Shown: positions 1 to 8,744 of the stretch, one piece after another | How positions within the stretch are numbered: position 1 is the first letter of the stretch | Layout of the letters: each line of letters starts with the position of its first letter | Source: a virus | Lineage: Duplodnaviria > Caudoviricetes | Length of the DNA stretch: 30,694 nt | Virus record (IMG/VR): IMGVR_UViG_3300034283_002405 | Location: 1 to 30,694 of that record | Direction: 5' to 3' (one strand) | Position numbers and translations under genes: made by a program | The notes under the pieces: generated by a model | Seen by the model: only the letters and a program-made list of their open reading frames with translations | Database searches by the model: none | What the model was told of the DNA's origin: nothing

Positions 1-127
1 CACCTAGTCCAGATAACCTTGTAACAGGTGGCGTTGCTGGCTTTATAAAATATGCAGCTGGTTTGACTCAAATTATTGCAGCAATAACAAGCGCAACAAA
101 TATAATTGGTGGGGCAGCAGCTGGAGG
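1..127. repeat. 127-bp terminal direct repeat, copy 1 (circular-assembly overlap)
   Basis: cacctagtcc...gcagctggagg at 1-127 is identical to 30568-30694; it lies inside a coding frame and matches a common assembler k-mer size (127). Confidence 0.95.
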
Positions 128-455
128 AGGTGATTTTGTGACGAGCAAGCCAACATTGTTGCTTGTTGGTGACAATCCAGGAGGACGTGAACGTGTGACC
201 GTGGAGCCGTTGAGTGGACGAGGCAAAACAACAGTCAATCCAAACAGCGGACTTATTGCAATGGCTGGAGGTGGCACAATCACAACAACAGGATACGGAG
301 GTTTTGCAGATCGTGCAAATGCGGCAAAAGGAATTATTGACTACAGCGAACTTGCTGAGGCAATGGCCAGCATGCCAAGTCCTGTTGTGCTAGTTTCTGA
401 CGTGAACAAAGCACAAGCCAAACAGACTTACGTGAAAAGCAAAACAAGCCTATAA
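1..455 (+). CDS. Tape measure protein, C-terminal part (continues from 28791 across the junction)
   Basis: Same frame as the ORF starting at 28791 once the ends are joined; GGDFVTSKPTLLLVGDNPGGRERVTVEPL resembles the common siphovirus TMP C-terminal GG.V..PT..LVG(E/D)...E.V.PL motif. Confidence 0.85.
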   Translation, partial: PSPDNLVTGGVAGFIKYAAGLTQIIAAITSATNIIGGAAAGGGDFVTSKPTLLLVGDNPGGRERVTVEPLSGRGKTTVNPNSGLIAMAGGGTITTTGYGGFADRANAAKGIIDYSELAEAMASMPSPVVLVSDVNKAQAKQTYVKSKTSL

Positions 456-498
456 AATTTTATGGGCCTTAAAAACAAATAAAACATTTATCTAATAT

Positions 499-506
499 TA
501 TTTTTG
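499..506 (+). promoter_or_regulatory. Bacteroidota-type -7 promoter box (TAnnTTTG) upstream of the head operon
   Basis: TATTTTTG in the AT-rich gap, 20 nt before ATG 527. Confidence 0.5.
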
Positions 507-526
507 AAATTGATAATAAATCTAAA

Positions 527-1714
527 ATGACAGTCGCAAAAATCTTCATAAAAACGGACATAGGTGAGCCAGACTTTTTTGCTCAGGCTTTTGGCTGTGA
601 GGCAATGTCTTTTAGTGCTGCTGACATGTCTAAGTTTTTAGAGGACAACGCAGACGCAACAGAGATTGAAGTTGATATAAGCAGCAACGGAGGCTCCGTG
701 ACACAGGGCTTTGAGATTTATGACCTGTTGAAAAATAGTGGCAAGCAAATCACAACAAGAGCTTACAAAGCCAATTCAATTGCAACAGTCATATTTTTAG
801 CTGGCTCAAAAAGAGAAATCACTAAAAATGCGCAATTTACAATCCACAATCCATATATTAATCCAATGAATTTGGGTTATGAAGGACTTGAGGCTGACGA
901 CTTGCAGGCAATTGCAGATGACATAAGAGCTTGCGAAGCTAAGATCTTTAATATATACAAAGAGGTTATTGGATTTGACGCAACATTTGAGGCTGAGATA
1001 AAAGAGTTGATGAAAGCAGACACTGACTTGACGTCAACAAACGCTTTGAAGTATGGATTTGCAACAAGTATAATAAATGGCGAAAACACAGCAGCGCAAA
1101 ACATCACCTTGGGCGCTTATACAGATAAAATAGCTGCATATATTACAAAAAACAAATCAACAAAAAACAACATGGACATAAACAAAATCCTGGCGAAATT
1201 TGACGCCATAGAAAACTCAATCAAAACAGTGTTTAAGGCTCAAAACTTAAACGAAGACGGCACGCCAATTGATCCTAAAAAGAACAGCAGCGCAACAGCT
1301 TCTGACGGCACAATCATGTACTTTTCAGAGTCAGCTCTTGCTGTAGGCATAGCAGTTTTTTCTGACGAAGCAATGACCATTCCAATGCCTGACGGCACTT
1401 ACGAAGTTGAAATGAGCGAAGTGACTATTGTGGGCGGTTTAGTTTCAGAAATGGAGTCAATGGAAGCAAAAAAACTTGCTGCTTTGACGGCTGAAAACGC
1501 GGACTTGAAAGCACAACTTGCAACAGCATTGGAAAGCACCAACGCAGTTGTAAAAGAACTAAAAGACCTTTCAACAGAAGTAATTGCTTTGAAAGCTTTT
1601 ATCCCTTCTGACGTGAAAAACTTAGCTGTTGACACAACTGACAGAAGCAAATTGACTCCAGCGCAATTGCAAAACTTGCGCAGAAAAGAAATGATGAACT
1701 TAGGCAAAAAGTAA
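527..1714 (+). CDS. ClpP-like prohead protease fused to a scaffold domain
   Basis: ISSNGGSV, ANSIATVIFLAG (Ser), FTIHNP (His) and ALKYGFA motifs of S14/ClpP-type phage proteases; acidic/coiled-coil C-terminal half; upstream of capsid gene. Confidence 0.88.
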   Translation: MTVAKIFIKTDIGEPDFFAQAFGCEAMSFSAADMSKFLEDNADATEIEVDISSNGGSVTQGFEIYDLLKNSGKQITTRAYKANSIATVIFLAGSKREITKNAQFTIHNPYINPMNLGYEGLEADDLQAIADDIRACEAKIFNIYKEVIGFDATFEAEIKELMKADTDLTSTNALKYGFATSIINGENTAAQNITLGAYTDKIAAYITKNKSTKNNMDINKILAKFDAIENSIKTVFKAQNLNEDGTPIDPKKNSSATASDGTIMYFSESALAVGIAVFSDEAMTIPMPDGTYEVEMSEVTIVGGLVSEMESMEAKKLAALTAENADLKAQLATALESTNAVVKELKDLSTEVIALKAFIPSDVKNLAVDTTDRSKLTPAQLQNLRRKEMMNLGKK

Positions 1715-1715
1715 T

Positions 1716-1892
1716 ATGTTTAAATTAATCACACCAATAAATCCTTTTGGCGCTGGCTGTAGTCCATTGACCGAAGTGGACGCAGAAACAAAAGCCTGGT
1801 TGATTGAAACTGAGAAAGCTTCTGAGGAAGATTTTGAAGAGGCAACAGGTGAATCAATTGAAAAGTCAAAAACAAAAACAAAAACAAAATAA
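1716..1892 (+). CDS. 58-aa hypothetical head-module protein (absent from ORF track)
   Basis: MFKLITPINPFGAGC...KSKTKTKTK*; fills the gap exactly with 1-nt spacing to both neighbours. Confidence 0.7.
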   Translation: MFKLITPINPFGAGCSPLTEVDAETKAWLIETEKASEEDFEEATGESIEKSKTKTKTK

Positions 1893-1893
1893 C

Positions 1894-3102
1894 ATGAAAA
1901 AAATAAGTTTAATCACATCAATCGCCTTAATAGCAGTCTCAGGTTTGGCTGTGGCTACAGGCTTGCATGCTTTTGGCATGTCAACAATCAACTCAATCAT
2001 GCTAGGTTTAGCATTCTCAGTTGTATCAACTTTCATCAACGCAGAAGCACGCAGAACAGCTAAGCTGTCAGGCACTGCTTATGTACTTGCTTTTAATGGT
2101 CCAACAACTTTTACCGATGAAGTTTACCAAGACTTATTGACTGAGATTATTTATATGAATAAGACAGTAGGCCAAGGTATGATCAGATTTTTTGACCAAA
2201 TAAAAGGATCTGGAAGGATTAGAGCTTTAAGCGCAACTGTAACAGGACAAGCATACAGCAACGCACCGACTGCCTCAGGTTCTACAACTTTACAAGAAAG
2301 ACTTATCACACCTGTGAAACGTGAGTTTTATGACACAATTGATTATGAAACAATCAGAAATACTGCAGGCTCTTTGGAAATTCCTGACGGAGCTGCTAAT
2401 ATTGTGCAAGACAAATTCACTCAGGCAATTTTAGGCTTAGTTGCTGGCAAAGCTTCAAGAGCCGTTGAGACAGATTTTTGGAATGGTGCAACAGCAGCCA
2501 CTCAGACAGCAGTTGCAGCATTGACTGCTGGAACAGCACAAAACCAAGTTTCAACAGCTGAGAAAGCTTACGTAGCAGCAGCACCAACAAGTTATGTTGA
2601 CGGTGTGTTAACCAAATTGATTTACTCAGACGCAACAACTCCAGGCACATTTGCAGTTGGCGCTCGTATTAAAGTAGCTGGAACAACTCTAAGCGCAACA
2701 AATATCAAAGATGAAGTTGACAAGGTTTACGCTCAAATGGATGACGCATTGTTGAACAATCCAGAAATGTCACAATACGCAACAATCTTTATGCCGATGA
2801 ATTGCAAAAAATTCATTCGCTTATACAACAAGACTGCTGCGAATTTCAGAGACATGTTTGAGATTGAAGGTGACAATTTCTCTTATTGCGGTGTTGCAAT
2901 TCAGTTTGTGCCACTACCTAACAATTCAATGATCGCAGGTAATGCAATGGACTTTGTTTGGGCAACAGATTTAGTTGCAGATTTAGAAAATGTTGTTGTA
3001 GATAAATTGCCAGCGCCAGCTAAGAATTTCTACTATGATTTAATTTTCACAATGGAAAATTGGATTTTCTACCAATCAACAAAAGTTGTTTACGTAGGAT
3101 AA
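1894..3102 (+). CDS. Major capsid protein with hydrophobic N-terminal leader
   Basis: ATG 1894 after an A-rich tract is preferred over the TTG at 1804; ~402 aa; follows protease/scaffold; features such as ERLITP, DFWNG and DGV are consistent with an HK97-fold capsid; followed by a terminator. Confidence 0.8.
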   Translation: MKKISLITSIALIAVSGLAVATGLHAFGMSTINSIMLGLAFSVVSTFINAEARRTAKLSGTAYVLAFNGPTTFTDEVYQDLLTEIIYMNKTVGQGMIRFFDQIKGSGRIRALSATVTGQAYSNAPTASGSTTLQERLITPVKREFYDTIDYETIRNTAGSLEIPDGAANIVQDKFTQAILGLVAGKASRAVETDFWNGATAATQTAVAALTAGTAQNQVSTAEKAYVAAAPTSYVDGVLTKLIYSDATTPGTFAVGARIKVAGTTLSATNIKDEVDKVYAQMDDALLNNPEMSQYATIFMPMNCKKFIRLYNKTAANFRDMFEIEGDNFSYCGVAIQFVPLPNNSMIAGNAMDFVWATDLVADLENVVVDKLPAPAKNFYYDLIFTMENWIFYQSTKVVYVG

Positions 3103-3160
3103 AATTAAAATAAATATTTAACATAAAAAAGGTGGCGCTATGGCAGACGAGACAGTTGGT

Positions 3161-3190
3161 GGTGGCGTAAGCTTAGAGCCACCTTTTTTT
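3161..3190 (+). terminator. Rho-independent terminator after the capsid gene
   Basis: GGTGGC(3161-3166)-loop-GCCACC(3178-3183)-T7. Confidence 0.65.
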
Positions 3191-3211
3191 AATAGTAACC
3201 CAAATCAAACA

Positions 3212-3814
3212 ATGGCAACAGCAGCAGCATGTAACTCATTAATAGCAGCTAATTTTATAGCAAGCTGCAACGGTCTTAATAAAGTTGGCGGTATAGACGG
3301 AACAGTCTATATTGGCTACAGACCAGACATAGCAACTCTAGCACTAACAGCTGGAGCAATCACAACATTTACCTTAGGCTCAGGCAAGAAACTTGCTAAA
3401 TTTGGAGGTAAAAAAGAACAGCACGAAATCACTTGTGATTTAATTCCAATGAAAGGTGTAAATATGAAATACAAACACAGCGCAAAGTTGTATTTGTATC
3501 CATACACGCAAGCAGACACAATTGCGCTTGAGAATCTTTTGGCAAGCAAAAGAATGTTTTTAATTTACGTAAATTTGCAAGGCCAAGCGAAAGCATTAGG
3601 CATTGACTTGAATCCGTTTATTTCAACAGATTTTGATGACGAGAGAGGACTAGCTCCAACGTCTGAAAAGTGGACAGAAGGAATCAACTACAACGCAGAC
3701 TCTTGGTCTGAGGTTGTTTTGGAGGGGGAGTTTTGGAGCAAGCCAAAAACGTATTTTCCAGCAGCTTCATTGGCAACAACAATTGCTGCATTGGACGCAA
3801 TGTGTTACACCTAA
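3212..3814 (+). CDS. Probable major tail (tube)/structural protein
   Basis: Start MATAAAC at 3212 lies downstream of the terminator; ~200 aa, beta-rich, C..GG...VY pattern; between capsid and portal genes. Confidence 0.55.
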   Translation: MATAAACNSLIAANFIASCNGLNKVGGIDGTVYIGYRPDIATLALTAGAITTFTLGSGKKLAKFGGKKEQHEITCDLIPMKGVNMKYKHSAKLYLYPYTQADTIALENLLASKRMFLIYVNLQGQAKALGIDLNPFISTDFDDERGLAPTSEKWTEGINYNADSWSEVVLEGEFWSKPKTYFPAASLATTIAALDAMCYT

Positions 3815-3815
3815 G

Positions 3816-4139
3816 GTGCAAACAATTTATGAAATAGATCCTGGTGTGCTGTTTGATTATTACAAGCAGCACACAGGTTTACAACTTTGTCCAACGTGTT
3901 GGACTGACAGAGTCAAGGCGTATAATTATTATAGGAAAATGACAAAATCAAAAACAAAAACAAGCACAAGCACAAGCGGTTTATATCAATTCAAAGAGGG
4001 CTTTGAAGACACTCAAGTTTTCATCAAAGGTCTTGGCGAAATTATAAGCGCTGAAAATTTAACCAATGAGTTAGTTGAGCAGCATTTTGTAGGCTCAACA
4101 CTAATGGATTTAGTTGAGCTGTCAGATGAGCAAGTTTAA
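3816..4139 (+). CDS. Hypothetical protein with CxxC (LCPTC) motif
   Basis: GTG 3816 one nt after the upstream stop; overlaps the portal start. Confidence 0.6.
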   Translation: MQTIYEIDPGVLFDYYKQHTGLQLCPTCWTDRVKAYNYYRKMTKSKTKTSTSTSGLYQFKEGFEDTQVFIKGLGEIISAENLTNELVEQHFVGSTLMDLVELSDEQV

Positions 4140-5466
4140 CAGAATAGCTAGGTTCTTTAAGAATCAAGTAGCAGAAATAAGCCAACAGAAGTCAGGCTTA
4201 GAGCGCTACGTATATGGACCAAAGGACACTTTGCCCAATGACTTGTTGCGTGCTTTGAATGACAGTGGCACAGCCACAACTTGCATAAGCCGTTTAACAT
4301 CATTTATCCAGGGCGAAGGCTTTATTGCCGACAATGTAAAAGCGCTAAAAGTAAACAGAAGCCAAACAGCTGACCAATTACTTGCTGAAATAGCCTCATC
4401 ATGTGCCGTTTTTGAGGCTTTTGCCTTGCGCATATTGTTTAGAATGGACGGCACATTTGGATCAGTTTATAAAATTGGCATAAAGGAACTGCGCAAAGAT
4501 AATTTTGGCAAAATTCGCTGGAACTATCGAATGGGTGAGAAGGACTATCAAAAGAAAGATGACCTGTTTTTGCGCGAATATGATCCAGCATTGACGGCTT
4601 TTGAACAATCCATTATTGTGGCTGAGGAAATACAAACGCACGGCAAGCAACTTGGTGCAATTATGTATTGTTTCAATGCCAAGGAGTTTGATTTTGGGCA
4701 CATTTATCCAATACCAAACAGCAACTCAGGACTTGAGGACATAATTAGTGACGCAGCTTTGCAAAGACTTGAGAAGCGCAACATAGTAAAAGGCTTCAAG
4801 CCTTCTGCAATTATCTCAATGGCTGGCAAAACAGATGATCAAACCATTGACGAAGACTCAGGATTGACTGAGTCAGAAGAGTTGACGCAGACATTGCAAG
4901 CTTTCACCAATGAAAATGGCGCTTCAATTTGTCTGCTTGAAGGACAAACCAAAGACTCAATGCCAACAGTCACCGTGTTTCCTTTGGCTGAAATGTTGGA
5001 CGGAGTGGACAAGGCAAGGCTACGTGTGGCAAATGCAGTGTGCAGACATTTGACTGTGCCACCTGTGTTGATTGGTTTAGAATCACCAACAGTGCTAGGC
5101 AATTCACAAGCAATTGCAAACTCTTTAAAGGTTTTCACATTATCTGTGAGAGCAAGTCAAAACATGATCCAAACTGCTTTGAGCAATTTGTTTCCAGGCT
5201 TTGATTTTGCAATTAAGCAACTAAACATTTATGAGTATTTGCCTAGTGAAGTTTTGGCAACTTTGAACTCTGACGAGTTGAGAGCTTTGGGGGGTTATCC
5301 TCCAGCGCAAACCAAAACATCGTCAAGTCAAGAGCTGCTTATAAATAGCTTGAATAGTTTAAGTCCACTTGTGGCAAACAAAGTATTGGAAAGTTTATCT
5401 GAGGACGAAATTAGAGGCCTTGTTGGCCTTGGTAAAAAAGGAGGAGAAATTGCCACAACTAACTAA
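4126..5466 (+). CDS. Portal protein
   Basis: ~446 aa; YG..D.LP, G.GF, YPIP, RNIVKGFKPSAII and H.VPPVLIG patterns typical of phage portals; structural-module context. Confidence 0.85.
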   Translation: MSKFNRIARFFKNQVAEISQQKSGLERYVYGPKDTLPNDLLRALNDSGTATTCISRLTSFIQGEGFIADNVKALKVNRSQTADQLLAEIASSCAVFEAFALRILFRMDGTFGSVYKIGIKELRKDNFGKIRWNYRMGEKDYQKKDDLFLREYDPALTAFEQSIIVAEEIQTHGKQLGAIMYCFNAKEFDFGHIYPIPNSNSGLEDIISDAALQRLEKRNIVKGFKPSAIISMAGKTDDQTIDEDSGLTESEELTQTLQAFTNENGASICLLEGQTKDSMPTVTVFPLAEMLDGVDKARLRVANAVCRHLTVPPVLIGLESPTVLGNSQAIANSLKVFTLSVRASQNMIQTALSNLFPGFDFAIKQLNIYEYLPSEVLATLNSDELRALGGYPPAQTKTSSSQELLINSLNSLSPLVANKVLESLSEDEIRGLVGLGKKGGEIATTN

Positions 5467-5941
5467 AACAGAACTTGCAGCAGTTGTTGAACAATTCACA
5501 ACTAATATTGAGGATCGTTTAATAAATCCACACATCACAAAGGCAATTGAGATTGGCTTTGAAAATGTTTTGCCACCAAGTCTATTGACAGCACTTGTTG
5601 CTCTCAATTTGACTGCTGGAGGCAACACAGAACTTAAAGCATTTTACAACAATTATTTTAAACAAGTATGGGCTTACAATGCTTATATTCGTTTCTTGAA
5701 ATGGCACGGCAATAACGTGACGCAATTTGGTATTGCAACAGTGAATGACGACACAACATCAAATGTGTCCGACAAGACCAGAGGCATATTGATAAGCAGC
5801 ACAGAGAGAGACTATGAGGTGTATTTGACACGTGCTCAAAACAGAATTATTGCAAAAAACAACACATTTGACGGCACAAGCTATGCGAAATTGACCAGCA
5901 TAAGAAGGCCAAAAAATAAATTTGGAATCAGAGGAATTTAA
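5450..5941 (+). CDS. Head-tail connector/adaptor protein
   Basis: TTG 5450 preceded by AGGAGGA; helical protein directly after the portal; NI...LINPHI and AY.RF....N..TQFG patterns resemble DUF6712-like adaptors. Confidence 0.6.
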   Translation: MPQLTKTELAAVVEQFTTNIEDRLINPHITKAIEIGFENVLPPSLLTALVALNLTAGGNTELKAFYNNYFKQVWAYNAYIRFLKWHGNNVTQFGIATVNDDTTSNVSDKTRGILISSTERDYEVYLTRAQNRIIAKNNTFDGTSYAKLTSIRRPKNKFGIRGI

Positions 5942-5953
5942 AACAATAAACAC

Positions 5954-6187
5954 ATGCCAAGTATATCAAAAGTACAAACATTGACAGGCTCTCAAGTAGC
6001 ATTGACGGCTTTCGGCACTAATGGCCTAATTTTAATCAATTCAACAGCTGTTGCACTTTCATTTGTGGTGAATGGCGGTGACGTTGCAAGCTTGCCGTCA
6101 GGACAAGGCGTTGAGCTTGACGTGAACAATGCAAACCAAATCACAGTATCTGGCACAGGCTCCGTGAGCTATATCGTGAGGACTTAA
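5954..6187 (+). CDS. Small beta-rich virion protein
   Basis: 77-aa G/S/T/V-rich ORF, tightly packed between neighbours. Confidence 0.6.
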   Translation: MPSISKVQTLTGSQVALTAFGTNGLILINSTAVALSFVVNGGDVASLPSGQGVELDVNNANQITVSGTGSVSYIVRT

Positions 6188-6190
6188 TTC

Positions 6191-7021
6191 ATGCGCTTTT
6201 TTGGCTCTAAAATAACAAGACATAGGACGCTGCCGTTTGCAGGCGGATTAAGTGCGCAAGCGCAAACTTATAGAGCAAATGTAATTGCGAATGGAGGAAC
6301 TATTTCGGATTCTGTATTGGCAATTATTGATACTAATTTAATTAAGCCATTGGTAGCAAGTGGCGATTGGGCAAAACTTGACAAGTTTCACTTGTATGCA
6401 GGGGTAGGAAATGCTGTTGCAGCAAGGACTAACATGGTTTCAAGTTCTTATTATATAAATCCTGTAAATAGTCCAAGTTGGAGCAATTCAACAGGATACA
6501 CAGGCAATGGATTGACGTCATATTTAGATTTGAATTATAACCCAAGTTTGGGGGGTACATTGGCAGTATTAAACAGCGCAACTATTGGTTATGGTGCTAA
6601 GTACGCAAACATACCACAAACGCAAAGTTTTGGTGCAAGAAAAACAACTGCAACAGCTTGCAGCCTTGCTATTTTTAGATTAACTGGCCCCGCTATTGAT
6701 GGAATTGTAAATGACGCAACTGACTTAAACAACACAAATATAGTCTATAATTCAATCGTACTTCATGCAGCACAAAGAAGCGCAGCAAGTGGAAATAATT
6801 GTAAAGCAAGTATTATAAACACTAATTTCTTATACGCAAATACAGCGTCAGTAGCAATACCAAATTTAAGCTTATTTGAATTGGCAAGAAATCAAGACGG
6901 CACAGCCAATTCATTTGATGACAAGCCACACTATTATATGTTTGCGGGCAATGGTTTAATTTTCACAAACAATGTTTTTACAGCGATTAACAACACATTA
7001 GCAGCATTAGGAATATCATAA
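6191..7021 (+). CDS. Putative receptor-binding/decoration (lectin-like beta-sandwich) structural protein
   Basis: 276 aa, N/T/S/G-rich, GYTGNG.TSYLD motif; codon usage differs from the rest of the genome. Confidence 0.5.
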   Translation: MRFFGSKITRHRTLPFAGGLSAQAQTYRANVIANGGTISDSVLAIIDTNLIKPLVASGDWAKLDKFHLYAGVGNAVAARTNMVSSSYYINPVNSPSWSNSTGYTGNGLTSYLDLNYNPSLGGTLAVLNSATIGYGAKYANIPQTQSFGARKTTATACSLAIFRLTGPAIDGIVNDATDLNNTNIVYNSIVLHAAQRSAASGNNCKASIINTNFLYANTASVAIPNLSLFELARNQDGTANSFDDKPHYYMFAGNGLIFTNNVFTAINNTLAALGIS

Positions 7022-7230
7022 TGAAAGTACTAAAAGGAACAGCAAAACAAGTATCAGATTTAACAGGTAGTTATGCGAATGGGGCTGAAATCAGATTTGT
7101 AAAAGACGGCAATGACAATAATATTATTGGTCTTGAAGTTTTAACAGATGATGACTTTCTTGAAATACGAGAAAAACTATTAGCACTAACTAAAATAGAT
7201 TACATTAAACCAAAAGAAGATGCCTCATAG
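7021..7230 (+). CDS. Small hypothetical protein (possible partner/chaperone of the upstream protein)
   Basis: 69 aa; TAATG stop-start coupling to the 276-aa gene. Confidence 0.6.
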   Translation: MKVLKGTAKQVSDLTGSYANGAEIRFVKDGNDNNIIGLEVLTDDDFLEIREKLLALTKIDYIKPKEDAS

Positions 7231-7390
7231 ATTTTTAGACATACTAGTTTCACTTGTTGGCTTTGTGGCCTTACTTGAAAAGCACAACTTTTTATTTGCT
7301 TCAATTGCGTCAATTTGCACAATTATTTATTGGCTTTACAGGTTTGGAAATTGGATCATAAAAGCAATTATAAAAGAAAGCAACAAATGA
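7220..7390 (+). CDS. 56-aa membrane protein, holin-like (absent from ORF track)
   Basis: MPHRFLDILVSLVGFVALLEKHNFLFASIASICTIIYWLYRFGNWIIKAIIKESNK*; two hydrophobic stretches; ATGA overlap with the next gene. Confidence 0.65.
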   Translation: MPHRFLDILVSLVGFVALLEKHNFLFASIASICTIIYWLYRFGNWIIKAIIKESNK

Positions 7391-7581
7391 AAAATTGGCA
7401 ATCACATATTGCAACAATAGCTGGCTTGCTTACAGCACTTGGCACAGCATGGTCCACAATTGATTTTTCAATTTTTGAATGGCCAAAAGACGCTCCAAAA
7501 TTGATTTTGCCTGGCATGATAGCTTTGGGAGGATATTTGACAAAATTAAACTTACCAAATAAAAATGAAAACAGGGACTAA
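7387..7581 (+). CDS. Holin (2 TM)
   Basis: MKNWQSHIATIAGLL...; two hydrophobic segments, charged C-terminus, directly before the endolysin. Confidence 0.7.
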   Translation: MKNWQSHIATIAGLLTALGTAWSTIDFSIFEWPKDAPKLILPGMIALGGYLTKLNLPNKNENRD

Positions 7582-8062
7582 GGGCATTGAATTGATTAAG
7601 TTGTCTGAGGCATTGCATGACGGTGATTTGTCGCAAGTTGGTTTGCAGCCTAAAATGTGCCCAGCAGGGATTTGGACAGAAGGCTATGGCCGTGCAATGC
7701 GTGATGACAAAGGAAATTTCATAAAAGGATCTGCAAATAAGGCTTTGGCTTTCTCACGTGCGTCAATCAAAACAGAAGCTGACGCAACAAAGGCTTTAAT
7801 GGAAGACCTGGGGCCAAGAGAGCAGCTTGTAATGCAGAAAATAAAGATCCCTTTGAATCAAAACCAATTTGACGCACTTGTCACATATTTTTACAACATT
7901 GGCTTTTCAGATACATTGACAAAGTTGATTAACACAAAAGCTTCAAAAGAAACGCTTGAGGCTTGGTGGACGTCTCACTATATCACAGGCCAAGGAAGTC
8001 CAAAGCCATTGGCTGGACTTATTAAAAGGCGCAAGGAAGAGGCAAAACTTTTCTTCTCATGA
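7565..8062 (+). CDS. Endolysin, GH24 lysozyme
   Basis: GIELIKLSE, CPAGIWTEGYG, LNQNQFDALV..FYNIG and GLIKRRKEEAKLF motifs of P22/lambdoid GH24 lysozymes. Confidence 0.92.
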   Translation: MKTGTKGIELIKLSEALHDGDLSQVGLQPKMCPAGIWTEGYGRAMRDDKGNFIKGSANKALAFSRASIKTEADATKALMEDLGPREQLVMQKIKIPLNQNQFDALVTYFYNIGFSDTLTKLINTKASKETLEAWWTSHYITGQGSPKPLAGLIKRRKEEAKLFFS

Positions 8063-8457
8063 TCCTGGCGTTTCTTATAATTGGCTTTTTTGCCTTTTTA
8101 ATTTATGCAAGTTATTGCAACGCAGTTATGGACTTAATTTGTCCAAAAGATAAACTTGCACACAGAGGCTTTGAATGGTCCAAGGAAGCCATGGAGGCAA
8201 GCAAGGACATAAACAAAGACGGCAAAATTTCTTTTTTTGAAAACGCATGGCCCAGAGACAAATGGCACGCACACAAAAGAGAAATGTTTGTTGCCTTGGC
8301 TGTTGTTTGCTGCTTTGCTTTTGCCATAGGCATATATGTTGCCGTCACCCAAATTGCTTTATTGATAAAAGCAATGCTATGCTTATCATGTTTGCCTATT
8401 GTTTTCTTTTCACTTAGCTATTGTTTTGAAATGTTTTACACCAGGATCAAAAAATGA
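8059..8457 (+). CDS. Lysis-cassette membrane protein with an EF-hand-like loop
   Basis: About 3 hydrophobic segments; DINKDGKISFFE in the soluble loop; ATGA overlaps at both ends. Confidence 0.7.
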   Translation: MILAFLIIGFFAFLIYASYCNAVMDLICPKDKLAHRGFEWSKEAMEASKDINKDGKISFFENAWPRDKWHAHKREMFVALAVVCCFAFAIGIYVAVTQIALLIKAMLCLSCLPIVFFSLSYCFEMFYTRIKK

Positions 8458-8744
8458 AAATTATAGCAGTTGTTTTGCTTGCGTTGATCCTTGGCTTTTT
8501 GGCTGGACTTAGCTACATGAACGGCAAGCAAATGACAACAACACCTGAGAGGCTTGACTTATTTAATACAATCCATAAAAACATTGCTAAAAATAAAATT
8601 GAATATGTCAAACAGGATACTTTTATTTTCAAAGAAAAAATTAAGCTTAGGCTTAAATTTATTGCTGTTGACAGCCTTAGTTTTGACAGTGCATACAAGC
8701 TTTGGACAACAGAAGCCAATGCCTATGAGCCAGGCGAATATTAA
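8454..8744 (+). CDS. Putative spanin-like inner-membrane component
   Basis: Single N-terminal TM helix followed by a polar domain; last genes of the lysis cassette. Confidence 0.5.
   Translation: MKIIAVVLLALILGFLAGLSYMNGKQMTTTPERLDLFNTIHKNIAKNKIEYVKQDTFIFKEKIKLRLKFIAVDSLSFDSAYKLWTTEANAYEPGEY

Noticed and set aside
1-127. Biological direct terminal repeat or att site
   Set aside because: Length equals a typical assembler k-mer and it lies mid-TMP; most likely an assembly overlap
1700-1720. Programmed -1 frameshift fusing the scaffold to the 58-aa ORF at C AAA AAG
   Set aside because: Not a full A AAA AAG heptamer, and the downstream ORF is in the +1 frame, not -1
1866-1889. CAAAAA tandem repeat as a phase-variation tract
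   Set aside because: The 6-nt unit preserves the frame, encodes a KT tail and doubles as the A-rich initiation region of the capsid gene
1804-1893. TTG-started N-terminal extension of the capsid ORF
   Set aside because: Overlaps the 58-aa gene 1716-1892; ATG 1894 has the better initiation context
3714-3815. Frameshift extension of the tail tube into the CxxC ORF
   Set aside because: The open overlap exists, but there is no clear slippery signal and GTG 3816 explains the gene
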